DNA of 64,000 bases, taken from contig CAXXIA010000001.1 in the NCBI GenBank assembly GCA_963666985.2, forward strand, positions 192,001 through 256,000, written 5' to 3'. This stretch comes from Spirochaetia bacterium. GTDB taxonomy: Bacteria > Spirochaetota > Spirochaetia > DSM-2461. The position numbers and the translations under genes were made by a program. The stretch's first letter is position 1. Each line of letters begins with the position of its first letter. This document shows, one piece after another, positions 1 through 10,858 of this stretch. The notes beneath the pieces are model-generated. The model saw only the letters and a list, made by a program, of their open reading frames with translations, was not told the DNA's origin and made no database searches.

Positions 1-1161
1 CAGGTTCTGACGACTCATATTGAGAGGGGCGGCGTTATTTACGCCTATGGTTCTCTGGAAATACTGCCCGACGGTTACGGATTTCTCCGGTCGCCTCAGA
101 ATTCCTACCTCCCGGGTACCGACGACATTTACATCTCACCGAGTCAAATCCGTCTGTTCAATTTAAAGACCGGCGATACGGTGTACGGACAGATCCGATC
201 ACCCAAGGAAGGAGAGCGATTCTTCGCCATGCTTCGGGTGGTCACCGTGAACTTTGATGAGCCGTCGGTTGCTCAAACCCGTGTATCTTTTGAAAATCTT
301 ACCCCGCTTTATCCCACCGAGCGGCTGAACATGGAGACGCGCGTCGGAGATCCTTCCACGCGGATTATCAATCTTTTCTGTCCCATCGGTAAGGGACAGC
401 GGGGACTGATCGTTTCGCCTCCCAAATCCGGTAAAACCATAATTCTTCAGAAAATCGCCAATGCGATTACCGAAAATCACCCGGAAGTGTATCTTATCGT
501 CCTTCTGATCGACGAGAGGCCCGAGGAAGTGACCGATATGCAGCGCAGCGTTCAGGGAGAAGTCATCGCTTCCACCTTTGACGAGCAGGCTACGCGTCAC
601 GTTCAGGTGGCCGAGATGGTTCTTGAAAAAGCCCGCCGATTGGTGGAGCACAAGAAGGATGTCGTTATTCTTCTGGATTCCATTACCCGCCTGGCCCGGG
701 CCTATAACCAGACGGTTCCCACCAGCGGAAAGATTCTTTCCGGAGGTGTGGATTCCAACGCACTGCACAAGCCGAAAAGATTCTTCGGGGCCGCCCGGAA
801 CATTGAGAACGGAGGCAGCCTGACCATCGTGGCTACGGCGCTGATCGAAACCGGCAGCCGCATGGACGAGGTTATTTTCGAAGAATTCAAGGGAACCGGC
901 AACATGGAGCTGTCCCTGGATCGCCGCCTGGCCGACAAGCGCGTCTATCCGGCTTTCAACGTTAAGAAGTCCAGTACGCGTAAGGAAGATTTGCTTTTGA
1001 CAACGGAAGAACTGAACAAGATGTGGATTCTGCGGAAGGTTATGAGCCCCATGGACGATTTGGAATCCACCGAAATGATCGTTGACAAGATGCGCAAGAC
1101 CAAGAATAATGAGGCGTTTCTCAAAGGAATGAATACGTCCGGCGCCGGAGCCCGTGATTAA
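1..1161 (+). CDS. rho: Transcription termination factor Rho (5' partial; frame open from window start)
   Basis: Frame 1 from base 1 reads [12 protein letters not shown]...[10 protein letters not shown]; contains [12 protein letters not shown]-loop [16 protein letters not shown] and [11 protein letters not shown]. Confidence 0.98.
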   Translation, partial: QVLTTHIERGGVIYAYGSLEILPDGYGFLRSPQNSYLPGTDDIYISPSQIRLFNLKTGDTVYGQIRSPKEGERFFAMLRVVTVNFDEPSVAQTRVSFENLTPLYPTERLNMETRVGDPSTRIINLFCPIGKGQRGLIVSPPKSGKTIILQKIANAITENHPEVYLIVLLIDERPEEVTDMQRSVQGEVIASTFDEQATRHVQVAEMVLEKARRLVEHKKDVVILLDSITRLARAYNQTVPTSGKILSGGVDSNALHKPKRFFGAARNIENGGSLTIVATALIETGSRMDEVIFEEFKGTGNMELSLDRRLADKRVYPAFNVKKSSTRKEDLLLTTEELNKMWILRKVMSPMDDLESTEMIVDKMRKTKNNEAFLKGMNTSGAGARD

Positions 1162-1198
1162 CGGCTTTTTTACCGGATTAATAGATTAGGAATTGAAT

Positions 1199-1408
1199 AT
1201 GAAGAAAGGCATCCATCCCGATTACAAGCCGTCGAAAGTGACATGCGCCTGTGGTAATACGTTCGATACTTTTTCCACGGTTGGGGACATGCAGGTGGAA
1301 ATTTGCTCCAGCTGTCATCCCTTTTTTACCGGAAAGCAGAAGCTTGTCGATACCGCAGGACGTGTGGAGCGATTTAACAAGAAGTACGGTATCAAGACTT
1401 CCTCATGA
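1199..1408 (+). CDS. rpmE: 50S ribosomal protein L31 (Zn-binding type)
   Basis: MKKGIHPDY...CACG...[13 protein letters not shown]...GRVERF. Confidence 0.97.
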   Translation: MKKGIHPDYKPSKVTCACGNTFDTFSTVGDMQVEICSSCHPFFTGKQKLVDTAGRVERFNKKYGIKTSS

Positions 1409-1436
1409 GTTTGCCGGTTTCGGCCGGCGGTTCATG

Positions 1437-1470
1437 GAAAAGGGGAGCTTAAGGGCACCCCTTTTCTATT
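1437..1470 (+). terminator. Intrinsic terminator after rpmE
   Basis: GAAAAGGGG..GC-loop-GC..CCCCTTTTC inverted repeat followed by T-rich sequence. Confidence 0.6.
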
Positions 1471-1628
1471 TCGGTTGCTCTTTTTTTCTCCGTAAATCCT
1501 TCTTCTTCCCCCATTTCTCCCTGTTGGGTGTTATGATTAAGGAATCTCATGAATAAAATGCTTTTGTTGATTCCGCAACCATCTCGGCTTAGAATCGTGA
1601 ATAACCCCATACGATACGGCGGGTCCTT

Positions 1629-2786
1629 TTGATTAATCAAATCGCGGTGCAGCATGAGAAGGAATATGGTGAAAAACCCTCCGTCGTCACCAGTGCTCCG
1701 GGGAAAATCGATCTGCTCGGTGAACACGGGGAGATTGCCCAAGGATATGTTCTGTCTTTGGCCGTAGACCGCCGTTTTTACGTGGCGGCCTCCATGAGAT
1801 CCGATAATTCGCTTCGTTTCTATTCCTCAAATCTCAACGAACGGAAGAAATCCACGATTGCCGGATTGAAATTCCGCCGGGAAGACCGCTGGGCGAACTA
1901 CAGCAAGGGCGTTATCGACGCCATGATACACATGGGATTCGGGCTCAAGGGCATGAACATCACGCTGATGAGCGAGGTTCCGATGGCCATCGGACTGGCT
2001 TCCTCTTCGGCCATGACTGTTGCTACCGCTTGTGCCGTTCGGGAACTCTATAACCTGGATGTCTCCGATGCCCAGACCATCGAGGCCGCCCGGCTGTCGG
2101 AAAGCCGTTTCATGGGACTTCACGAAGGAATCCGTTCTCCGATGGTTTCCTATTACGCCAAAGCCGGCTTTCTTACCTTGCTCGATATGCGTTCGTTCAA
2201 TGTGGAGCATATTCCCGCTCCTTCTTCTCCGACAACACTCATCGTTACGGATTCGAGGGTGCAGGAAACCATGAACGATGAGGAAAAAGAGGAAATCGAA
2301 GATTCCTGCCGGGACTGCATCAATGTTATGGATTTGCGCGATTCGGGGCAGATCTTTCGTGATATCTCGGAGGAAGATTTATCGAGTACCGTCGAGGGCT
2401 TAAGCGAACGCTCCAGGCGGGTTTGCCTGCATATCATCAAAGAGAATCTCCGAGTCGCCGAATTCCGCCGTTCTCTGGAAGAATCGGACGTGGAATCGGC
2501 CGGACGAATCCTATTTCGTTCTCATGAAAGCCTGAGAGATCAGCTGGAAATATCCTGTCCCGAACTTGACTGGCTGGCGAAAAGGGCCGTGGAAACACCC
2601 GGGGTTTACGGATCCAGGATGATTGGGAACGGATACGGCGGATGTACCGTTACTCTTATGGATGAAACCCTGAAGGATAATTATCAGGAGCGGCTGGAGG
2701 AGTACGACAGAATCTTCGGCTTTAAAGCCAGCATCTTCTCCGTTCGGACCGGCGACGGGGCGAGCGTTCACCGTCTCGATTCTTGA
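1629..2786 (+). CDS. Galactokinase-family (GHMP) protein with degenerate active-site motifs
   Basis: APGKIDLLGEH, PMAIGLASSSA, SHESLRD..EISCPELD, GSRMIGNGYGGC; TTG start uncertain. Confidence 0.85.
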   Translation: MINQIAVQHEKEYGEKPSVVTSAPGKIDLLGEHGEIAQGYVLSLAVDRRFYVAASMRSDNSLRFYSSNLNERKKSTIAGLKFRREDRWANYSKGVIDAMIHMGFGLKGMNITLMSEVPMAIGLASSSAMTVATACAVRELYNLDVSDAQTIEAARLSESRFMGLHEGIRSPMVSYYAKAGFLTLLDMRSFNVEHIPAPSSPTTLIVTDSRVQETMNDEEKEEIEDSCRDCINVMDLRDSGQIFRDISEEDLSSTVEGLSERSRRVCLHIIKENLRVAEFRRSLEESDVESAGRILFRSHESLRDQLEISCPELDWLAKRAVETPGVYGSRMIGNGYGGCTVTLMDETLKDNYQERLEEYDRIFGFKASIFSVRTGDGASVHRLDS

Positions 2787-2997
2787 GCATGATACTGCCG
2801 ATTGCCGATGCCGGCGGTTTGGAATCTCCGGGAATCACAGTTTCGGAGGAAACCCATGAAGAACTTGAATCCCGGGTTGCCGCACCGGATTGCAGACCGG
2901 CGCTTCGGAACGGCTGTATTCCCATCGGTCCGATAACTTTGGAAGGGAGACTGGCCCCATGTGCCTCTATTCATGATACGATATCATGGAGGGGTGT

Positions 2998-3684
2998 ATG
3001 GAAATGAGTTTCCGGGAAGACGGAGTTCAGCTCTATGAAGAAGGGCGATATGCTTCGGCGCTGGAAATGTTTCTGGCCGAGGACATCAATCCCGCGGAGG
3101 ATTCGGAACTCTCGTATTACATGGGACTCTGTCACGCAAGGCTGGGAGAAACCGACGATGCGATGCGGCTTCTCGGCCTGACGTTTAAAACCGATACTAA
3201 TCTGGCCAGAATCTATCAGTCTCGAATGCTTTTTTCCTGGCTCCTTGTGGAACAGGGAGAGATCGAACAGGCCGAGCACAGCCTGAGAGAGGTTTTGCAG
3301 CAGGGATTCGAATCTCCCCAGGCCTGGGCGGCGCTGGGGTATTGCCAATGGCGCCGAGACCGCAGGGATCTGGCGCTGGAGAGCTATCGCAAGGCCGTGG
3401 AATTGGACCGGGAAAATTCAAACGCCGCCAACGGTTTGGGATATCTTCTTGCTGAAATCGGTGAAGATCCCGAAGAAGCCGTCGAACTTTGCCGTAGGGC
3501 CGTAGAGGCGGATTCTCATAACACAGCGTATCTGGATTCTTTGGGTTGGGCTCTTTTTCGCGCCGGCCGTCCGGCGGAAGCCGTACGCTATTTGACGGAA
3601 GCCCTTTCAAACAGTCCCGAAGACGGGACAATACGGAGTCATCTGGAGGCCATTCGAACACATGAGCAATCGGATCGCGGATAG
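2998..3684 (+). CDS. Tetratricopeptide repeat protein
   Basis: Repeated TPR units (AWAALGYCQW, AANGLGYLLA, AYLDSLGWALF); GGAGGGG SD before ATG 2998. Confidence 0.85.
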   Translation: MEMSFREDGVQLYEEGRYASALEMFLAEDINPAEDSELSYYMGLCHARLGETDDAMRLLGLTFKTDTNLARIYQSRMLFSWLLVEQGEIEQAEHSLREVLQQGFESPQAWAALGYCQWRRDRRDLALESYRKAVELDRENSNAANGLGYLLAEIGEDPEEAVELCRRAVEADSHNTAYLDSLGWALFRAGRPAEAVRYLTEALSNSPEDGTIRSHLEAIRTHEQSDRG

Positions 3685-5749
3685 TCTCCGTTTTACAGCA
3701 GCCGTTCTCTTTATCGTTTTTGCCGTTCTTCCTCGGACGGCGCTTGCTCAGGAAGTGAGCCTTGAAGCGGCCGAAGCCCTCGACGAATGGCGATGGGGAG
3801 TCATCGCGTATAACGACGCTCTTCCCGGTAAATCTCTTCTGGCCATGGAGAGAGCCGTTTCTTTGAATCCCTCCGATCCTGTTTTTGCCGAATGGCTGGG
3901 GCGCGCTTACTGGCGTTCGGGGATGGAAGATGCGGCCCTGAAGGTTTGGGACCGTTTGTTCGAGGAGAATGCCGGATCCTCGGCGCTGCGGATAAGAGCG
4001 GAAGCTCTTCGCCGCCGCCTCAGCGGCGAAGCCGAAATTCCCGTCGACGACGAATGGGTTCCTTTGACGGCGTTCGACGGGCAGGAAGGAAATATACGGT
4101 ATTTTGAGCGGCCATCGGCTTCGCGCAGCGCGGGAGATGGAAGCGGCGCCCTTCTTGTGTCTTCCTATGCCGGAGGCGAAATAATACGCATTGATGTCAA
4201 CGGGACGCTGGTGGACCGCTATGAGGGCGGAGTGGAAGGATTCGACAGACCCTTCGACATTCTGCCTACCGGTGACGGCCGGGTTCTTGTTTCGGAATTT
4301 CAATCGGACCGCATTACGGTGCTCTCCATGGCCGAATACGGCCAAAACGATTACGACCGCGGATACAGAATCGAAACTTGGGGAGAGAGCGGCACCCGGA
4401 GCGACCAATTCCTGGGACCGCAGTATATGGCTCTTTCTCCCGACGGCAAATTCGTTTACGTAAGCGATTGGGGCAATCGGCGTGTTTCAAAATGGGGACT
4501 GGACGGCCGGCATGTTCTGAATTTTAAGAAGGGAGGCCGTTTCGGAGGATTCGAGGGACCGACCGGAATCGCATGCGATGGAGAGAGAGTTTATGTAGCG
4601 GACTCCCTTCGCGGTCATATCGATGTTTTCGATCCTTCGGGAAACTACCTGGGACCGCTTGCCGAAGAGGGACTCGACGCTCCCGAGGGTTTGTGCGTTA
4701 CCGAAGACGGATATCTTCTTATCGCCGACGGGGCCGATATCAAGCGGATTGATCTTAATTCGGGTGCCGTTGATTTGGAAGCAACGCTGGGAGCGGGAGA
4801 ACATCGAATTACAACCGCCTTCCCCGATGAAAACGGCAATCTGGTTGTGTGTGATTTCGATACCAATCGCATTGTCCTTCTGACTCCTCTCTCCACGCTC
4901 TATGGCGGATTGGAGGTAACCTTGGACAGAGTCCGTGCCGACGCCTTCCCGGACATGGCCGTCGATTTGACGGTCCGCGACCGGCGGGGCCGGCCGATTT
5001 CCGGTCTTGATGCGTCGAATTTCAGAGTTTTCGACGGTGATTTGGCCATAGGTCAGCCCATGCTGGACTGGAGTTCCTCCGTACCCGGAGTGGACGATTT
5101 GGATATCGCCGCCGTTATCGACTTGCATGGCAATTCCGGGGATATCCGCTCTTTAATCGCCGGAATCGATGATTTAACCGGTGAATTGCGTGCGGACGAC
5201 TCTTTCTTTCTTATCGGTGCGGGCGAAGATGCCGTTGTCAGAGATATCGTCCCGGGCGGCGGTTCCGACGCCTTTGAAAATCTCTTGAAAAGTCCCGCGG
5301 GAAACCGTCCCGTTGCCTGGGATGCGTCTTTGCGGCTGGCGGCGACGAGGCTTGCGCCGAGTCGAAACAGAAAGGCTATTGTCGCTTTTGTGAATCAACC
5401 GCCTTCATCAACCGCTTTCGACAAGTATGGACTGATGGAAACGGCAAGGCTCATGGCCAATAACGGCGTTGTTTTCTATCCCGTTTATGCGGATGATTCG
5501 ATTGAAAGTCGGGAGCTGAATTATATCGCCGAGCAAACAGGCGGAGAGCCTTCCTATCTCTATAGGCCTGAGGGAAGCGGAATTATCGCGCGAAATTTGA
5601 GGAAATCCGCCGTCGGACGCTACACCGTTACCTGGCGTTCTCCGAGAGATTCCGGATTCGGCAGGGAATTTCTTCCCGTTTCGGTGGAAGTCATCTACAT
5701 CAATAAGAGCGGACGGGACGAATCCGGCACTTTTACTCCTCTCCACTGA
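3662..5749 (+). CDS. Secreted TPR + NHL-repeat beta-propeller + vWA-like domain protein
   Basis: Signal peptide; NHL repeats (FDRPFDI, FLGPQYMA, FEGPTGIA, LDAPEGL); C-terminal VRDRRGRPISGLDASNFRV vWA-type region. Confidence 0.8.
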   Translation: MSNRIADSLRFTAAVLFIVFAVLPRTALAQEVSLEAAEALDEWRWGVIAYNDALPGKSLLAMERAVSLNPSDPVFAEWLGRAYWRSGMEDAALKVWDRLFEENAGSSALRIRAEALRRRLSGEAEIPVDDEWVPLTAFDGQEGNIRYFERPSASRSAGDGSGALLVSSYAGGEIIRIDVNGTLVDRYEGGVEGFDRPFDILPTGDGRVLVSEFQSDRITVLSMAEYGQNDYDRGYRIETWGESGTRSDQFLGPQYMALSPDGKFVYVSDWGNRRVSKWGLDGRHVLNFKKGGRFGGFEGPTGIACDGERVYVADSLRGHIDVFDPSGNYLGPLAEEGLDAPEGLCVTEDGYLLIADGADIKRIDLNSGAVDLEATLGAGEHRITTAFPDENGNLVVCDFDTNRIVLLTPLSTLYGGLEVTLDRVRADAFPDMAVDLTVRDRRGRPISGLDASNFRVFDGDLAIGQPMLDWSSSVPGVDDLDIAAVIDLHGNSGDIRSLIAGIDDLTGELRADDSFFLIGAGEDAVVRDIVPGGGSDAFENLLKSPAGNRPVAWDASLRLAATRLAPSRNRKAIVAFVNQPPSSTAFDKYGLMETARLMANNGVVFYPVYADDSIESRELNYIAEQTGGEPSYLYRPEGSGIIARNLRKSAVGRYTVTWRSPRDSGFGREFLPVSVEVIYINKSGRDESGTFTPLH

Positions 5750-5756
5750 CGGTCCG

Positions 5757-6077
5757 GTGCCGATGTTTCACAAAACCGATAAACGCTGGGAATCCCATTG
5801 CTGCCGCTGCGGTCTCTGCTGTTATGAAAAAATCCGTCATCCCGGGGGAACGTGGACTCTTGATTTATCACGCCCCTGTCCCTGGCTGGATGAAAAAACA
5901 AAGCTTTGCCGTATTTATGAGAGGCGTCTTAAGGTTTATCCACGATGCCGCCGCGTTACGCTCTTTATGGCTTTGTTTGCCCGTTTCCTTCCCCCCACGT
6001 GCGGTTACGTTCGGAATCTCCGTCCGCGTTTTTTCCCTTCGTCAAAACTGATTTTGGAAGATACTGCCGACGAGTGA
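5757..6077 (+). CDS. YkgJ/UPF0153-family CxxCxxCC cysteine-cluster protein
   Basis: CCRCGLCC...PCPWLD..TKLCRIYERR...C. Confidence 0.8.
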   Translation: MPMFHKTDKRWESHCCRCGLCCYEKIRHPGGTWTLDLSRPCPWLDEKTKLCRIYERRLKVYPRCRRVTLFMALFARFLPPTCGYVRNLRPRFFPSSKLILEDTADE

Positions 6078-6283
6078 GGGAGTCTCCGAAGAGTCAGGAT
6101 CTTTTTTCTTTCCCTCAGGCCGTTTAACAGCGTGAAAGAACGAGATTCGGGCGGCCGTAACGCAAAGCGATATGACGAACCCGGCGGCCGCTCCAAAAGC
6201 CCGCCTGAAAAAAGAACACGGGCCTTCTTTCAGGCCCGCGGTGAACGGGATTTCCTTTTGAATATGCGCTGTATTCGCCGGCT

Positions 6284-6955
6284 TTAAAAAACAGGTCCGA
6301 TAGCGGCCAAACGCCATCCTTCCGGGAAATTTCGGAAATAGAAACCCATCTTTTGAGACCAGAACGTTACCTCCGGGAGAGCGTTTTCGTATCCCGGGCG
6401 GGTTTCCACGTCCAATCGCCAATATCCGTTGTCCAAAGGCGTCGTTTCAATGCCGTCCATGTAAAACACATCAGCCGGAGCGATGGAAAATAGATCGTAT
6501 TCATTGAAAAGCCGTCCGACCTCATCGGTAACTTCTTCACGGCTGAGCCCGGAGTCGAAAAGCGGGAGATACAGCGTTTCGGACATAACGGAGATTGTTA
6601 AACTGAGATTCTCATTAAAAACGCCTCTGAGAAGTTTGTTGAAGTAGTAATAGGAGGCATCGGCACCCGCGGGATCCGGGGCCGTTTTTTCGGGCCGTGA
6701 AGATACAATGGGTTTTGCTTCTTCGGCCGGGCGCTGGATTTCACCGAATCCGGGAAAAATCACCCGAACCATGGAGCGAAATTCTTCCGATCTTTTATGC
6801 TGATCAAGCTCATCAAACCGATCGGCGACCTTGTTGTAGGCATCGGCCAGATCGTAGCGCTGTACGTCGCTGAGTTGACCGAAAAAGGGTTCCGCAGCAC
6901 CGATCAGTCCGGTTAATGCAATCAATACGGCGATGAGAACAATGATGCGTTTCAT
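6284..6955 (-). CDS. Hypothetical exported protein
   Basis: GGGAGG SD then MKRIIVLIAVLIALTGLIGAA signal peptide; no family recognised. Confidence 0.7.
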   Translation of the reverse strand: MKRIIVLIAVLIALTGLIGAAEPFFGQLSDVQRYDLADAYNKVADRFDELDQHKRSEEFRSMVRVIFPGFGEIQRPAEEAKPIVSSRPEKTAPDPAGADASYYYFNKLLRGVFNENLSLTISVMSETLYLPLFDSGLSREEVTDEVGRLFNEYDLFSIAPADVFYMDGIETTPLDNGYWRLDVETRPGYENALPEVTFWSQKMGFYFRNFPEGWRLAAIGPVF

Positions 6956-7099
6956 CAAGAACCTCCCATGCAGATTCCTTTTCATGATAGCGCAGGAACA
7001 ATTCGTTGCAAAGCCTCATCGGTATACAAGCGACTACATTCCCGGCATTCCGTCCTTCCCGATTGATAGTCTTTCATGAAAGTCGTAAATTCTCCCTAT

Positions 7100-7417
7100 A
7101 TGGCGGAAACACCCAATGAATATACGAACGGCGATCTTCTCGAGGACGTTCTTGATGATGTCAAAGAACCGGATATGTGGAAGGTGATTCTGTTGAACGA
7201 CGATTATACGCCGAGGGATTTCGTTGTTGAGATTTTGGTTTCCATATTTCATAAACCGCCCATTGAAGCGACGAAAATCATGCTGGAAGTGCATAACCGG
7301 GGACGGGGAATGGTCGGAATCTACCCGCATGATATTGGGCGCACCAGAGTGGCTCAAGTTACGATGATGGCCAGAGAGAGGGAATATCCCCTGAAAAGTA
7401 TTCTGGAGAGGGCATGA
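7100..7417 (+). CDS. clpS: ATP-dependent Clp protease adaptor ClpS
   Basis: KVILLNDDYTPRDFVV...IMLEVH..GRG...YPLK; start could be 7076. Confidence 0.95.
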   Translation: MAETPNEYTNGDLLEDVLDDVKEPDMWKVILLNDDYTPRDFVVEILVSIFHKPPIEATKIMLEVHNRGRGMVGIYPHDIGRTRVAQVTMMAREREYPLKSILERA

Positions 7418-10011
7418 AACCGACTGAAGAAGCCCAGGAAATTCTGAATTCTTCTTATCGCGAAGCGAAAGAAAAAGGGCACGAATACATTACGCCTGAG
7501 CATTTGCTCTATGTCGCGCTGGGTTTTGAAACGCCCAGAGTGGTTCTTGAAGAATGCGACGCCGATCCCGATGTTGTGCGGGAAAGTCTGTTGGGATATT
7601 TCGCGAAATATATTGAGATTGTCCAGGATGCCGAGCCGATCCCTACCGAAGGGTGGCAGGATGTTATCGAACGGACGGTTCTTCATATGCGGTCGGCGGG
7701 AAAAGATTTAATCTCCTCTTTGGACCTTCTGGTCGCCATTTATGATCTTGAGGATTCTTTCGCGTCTTTTTATTTGAAAAAAGCGGGAGTTTCCCGTATT
7801 CGGCTTCTTGAAATTGTTTCCCATGGCCTTGAAGAAGAAGATGACGAGGAAAACGAAGAGTTCCCGGACGAATTCGATGCCGTGAAGAATCCGTTCGAGG
7901 AAGACGGGGATGAGGCTGATGAGCGCTCCGAAGGCGGCGGGAAGGGGAAAAAGAGCGCCCTTGCAAAGTATGCCGCCGATCTGACGGCCAAGGCCGAGGC
8001 GGGTCGGCTTGAACCTCTCATCGGACGGGAGGATATTCTCGAGAGAACGATGCAGGTGCTCAGCCGGCGTCTGAAGAATAATCCCGTGCATGTCGGCGAC
8101 CCGGGAGTGGGGAAAACCGCCATAACCGAGGGGCTGGCCCGGAGAATTGTCGACGGCGATGTTCCGAGTTTCCTGAAAAATCAGAGAATCTGGTCTTTGG
8201 ATATGGGCTCGCTGCTTGCCGGAACGCGATACCGCGGCGACTTTGAGGAGCGCATAAAGAAAGTCCTGGCAGAATTGGCCGAAAGAGAGAACGTTATCCT
8301 TTTTATCGATGAAATCCATACGGTCATCGGAGCGGGAGCCACTTCCGGCGGAAGCATGGATGCCTCGAATCTCCTTAAACCCGCGCTGATGTCGGGTAAA
8401 ATCCGCTGCATCGGTTCGACAACCTATGATGAGTTTAAAAAGTTCTTTGAGAAAGATCATGCTCTGGCCAGGCGATTCCAGCGTATCGATGTTCCCGAAA
8501 CCACGAGAGAGGAAACCTATCGCATTCTTCTGGGACTCCGGGAAGCCTATGAGAATCATCACGGAGTCCGATATGAAGATGAAGCCCTGAGGGCCGCCGT
8601 CGATCTTTCGGATCAGTTTCTTAATGAAAAGCACCTGCCGGACAAAGCCATCGATCTGATCGACGAGGCCGGGGCCTGGAAACGGCTGAGCGAGGAGCGA
8701 AAGAAACGGTTCGGTCCGATGGAGGACCGAAAGGCCGGTGAGTCCGGCGAGGGTGTTACAAAGAAGTCTTCGGCCGCGGCCGATTCTGAATTGAAATTAA
8801 TCAATGAGCCCGGTGCCGGAGAGCTTTTTACGGATGCCGGTGATTCTCCGGTTTCGGAGTCCGTGATGCCCGTTACGGACTCAAAAGCAAAGAGCGGTAA
8901 CCAAACGGCTACAGGGGCTGCGGAATCGGCAGCAGCTCAAGTAATGGACGGAGGCGCTGCCGCATTCTCCGATGCCGAATCGGTATCGGGAGATACGGAA
9001 CGGGAAGAGAAACCGTTGGTAACCGTATCGGATATCGAGAAGGTTTTGGCAAAAATTGCCCGTATTCCGGAGAAGACCATCTCCGCCGGAGAAACGGACA
9101 GACTCAAGAACCTTGCCGATTCCCTGAAAAAGGCGATTTTCGGTCAGGACGGCGCCGTCGAGGACGTGGCTGCGGCCATTAAGCGCTCCAGGGCCGGTTT
9201 TCGGAATCCGAATAAACCCGTGGCCAGTTTCCTTTTCGTCGGTCCTACCGGCGTAGGCAAAACCGAATTGGCCCGCCGATTGAGCGAGGAACTCGGGGTG
9301 CCTCTGCACCGTTTCGACATGAGCGAGTATCAGGAGAAACACACGGTAAGCCGTCTTATCGGTTCACCGCCGGGATACGTGGGTTATGAAGAAGGCGGCA
9401 TTCTTACCGATGCCATCAGAAAGACACCCCACGCGGTTCTTCTTTTGGACGAAATAGAAAAGGCCCATCAGGATATTTACAATATTCTTCTGCAAATGAT
9501 GGATTACGCCACGGTGACCGACAACATGGGCCGGAAGGCCGATTTCAGGAATGTTGTGATCATCATGACCTCCAACGCAGGCGCACGGGAGATCGGGAAG
9601 CCGCGAATCGGCTTTGTCGGCGGAGAATTCAGCTACGGTGCCCTGGATGATGCCGTTCAGCGCGTGTTTTCTCCTGAATTCCGCAACCGTTTGGATAAGG
9701 TGATTAAATTTCAGCGGCTTGCCCCGGACGTCGTCGAGGATATCGTGCGCAAGGAAGTGGAAGAGTTCCGCGGTATGCTTGAGCCGAAGGGTGTTGTTCT
9801 GGAGGTTACCGAAGCGGCCGTGAAGTGGATTGGCGAAAAAGGGTATTCGCCTGAGTTCGGCGCGCGGAATATCGCGCGGATGGTGGAAGATAAAATCAAG
9901 GGATTTTTCGTCGACGAGGTGCTTTTCGGTTCGCTGATTTCCGGCGGCCGGGCCGTCGCCGACGTTGAGGGTGATGATATCAGGATACGGACAACCTCGG
10001 ATGGACGCTGA
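7414..10011 (+). CDS. clpA: ATP-dependent Clp protease ATP-binding subunit ClpA, with long inter-NBD insertion
   Basis: Two AAA+ modules ([16 protein letters not shown]), [21 protein letters not shown] loop; coupled to clpS. Confidence 0.95.
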   Translation: MKPTEEAQEILNSSYREAKEKGHEYITPEHLLYVALGFETPRVVLEECDADPDVVRESLLGYFAKYIEIVQDAEPIPTEGWQDVIERTVLHMRSAGKDLISSLDLLVAIYDLEDSFASFYLKKAGVSRIRLLEIVSHGLEEEDDEENEEFPDEFDAVKNPFEEDGDEADERSEGGGKGKKSALAKYAADLTAKAEAGRLEPLIGREDILERTMQVLSRRLKNNPVHVGDPGVGKTAITEGLARRIVDGDVPSFLKNQRIWSLDMGSLLAGTRYRGDFEERIKKVLAELAERENVILFIDEIHTVIGAGATSGGSMDASNLLKPALMSGKIRCIGSTTYDEFKKFFEKDHALARRFQRIDVPETTREETYRILLGLREAYENHHGVRYEDEALRAAVDLSDQFLNEKHLPDKAIDLIDEAGAWKRLSEERKKRFGPMEDRKAGESGEGVTKKSSAAADSELKLINEPGAGELFTDAGDSPVSESVMPVTDSKAKSGNQTATGAAESAAAQVMDGGAAAFSDAESVSGDTEREEKPLVTVSDIEKVLAKIARIPEKTISAGETDRLKNLADSLKKAIFGQDGAVEDVAAAIKRSRAGFRNPNKPVASFLFVGPTGVGKTELARRLSEELGVPLHRFDMSEYQEKHTVSRLIGSPPGYVGYEEGGILTDAIRKTPHAVLLLDEIEKAHQDIYNILLQMMDYATVTDNMGRKADFRNVVIIMTSNAGAREIGKPRIGFVGGEFSYGALDDAVQRVFSPEFRNRLDKVIKFQRLAPDVVEDIVRKEVEEFRGMLEPKGVVLEVTEAAVKWIGEKGYSPEFGARNIARMVEDKIKGFFVDEVLFGSLISGGRAVADVEGDDIRIRTTSDGR

Positions 10012-10858
10012 TTTTCGGTTTTCACTATCGGATGCCGATATATGTTTCCCCAATCCCTTATCCGTCAAAGACGACGTGATAGCGGTTGGAGGCAACCTTG
10101 AACCGCCGATGCTTCTTTCGGCCTACAAACAGGGTATTTTTCCCTGGTTCTCCGAAGACGAACCCATCATCTGGTGGAGCTTGGATCCGCGATTCGTTAT
10201 TGTTCCCTCGCGGATGCATCTTTCGAAGAGTTTGAGAAAAAGCATACGCGGAAATCCTTTTCACCTGACTTTGGACAACTCTTTCGAGGAGGTGGTTCGG
10301 GGATGCGGATCCGCCCGGCGGCCCGGTCAGGACGGAACCTGGATTACCGATTCCATGGCGGAAGCCTATACGGTTCTGCACCGCGAAGGTTTCGCTCATT
10401 CGGTGGAGGCCTGGTATGAGGGAAAACTGGCCGGAGGACTGTACGGAGTGTCCCTGGGAGGGTGCTTTTATGGTGAATCCATGTTCTCTCTCCGACCGAA
10501 TGCTTCGAAAATCGCCTTCGCGGCATTGGGCGGAATTTTAACGGATGCCGGATTCGGTCTGATCGACTGCCAGCAGCATACCCGGCATTTGGCGTCGTTC
10601 GGGGCCTTCGATATGCGCCGCGAGGTTTTTCTTGAAGCTTTGAGCAAAGAGCTGGAGAAACCGACGCTTCGCGGCGACTGGTCCGGCCGTTTTCCCGATT
10701 TTCCCGCCTCGAATCTTTGGAACGGTATCCGGATGAAGGCGGAAAAGGGAAACGCGGAAGAACCCGAAGCCGGGCGGAATTGCATGGTCTCCGACCTTCT
10801 CCCGCGGGAGTCCTTGCCGCCGGCTTCCCGAAATTCCGGATCGGCGGTAAACCGATGA
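10001..10858 (+). CDS. aat: Leucyl/phenylalanyl-tRNA--protein transferase
   Basis: AYKQGIFPW, WWSLDPR, GTWIT, AHSVEAW, GGLYGV, GESMFS, LIDCQQ; completes the clpS-clpA-aat N-degron cluster. Confidence 0.95.
   Translation: MDADFRFSLSDADICFPNPLSVKDDVIAVGGNLEPPMLLSAYKQGIFPWFSEDEPIIWWSLDPRFVIVPSRMHLSKSLRKSIRGNPFHLTLDNSFEEVVRGCGSARRPGQDGTWITDSMAEAYTVLHREGFAHSVEAWYEGKLAGGLYGVSLGGCFYGESMFSLRPNASKIAFAALGGILTDAGFGLIDCQQHTRHLASFGAFDMRREVFLEALSKELEKPTLRGDWSGRFPDFPASNLWNGIRMKAEKGNAEEPEAGRNCMVSDLLPRESLPPASRNSGSAVNR

Noticed and set aside
2783..3007. 74-aa ORF between galK and the TPR gene
   Set aside because: No motif or SD support; likely intergenic
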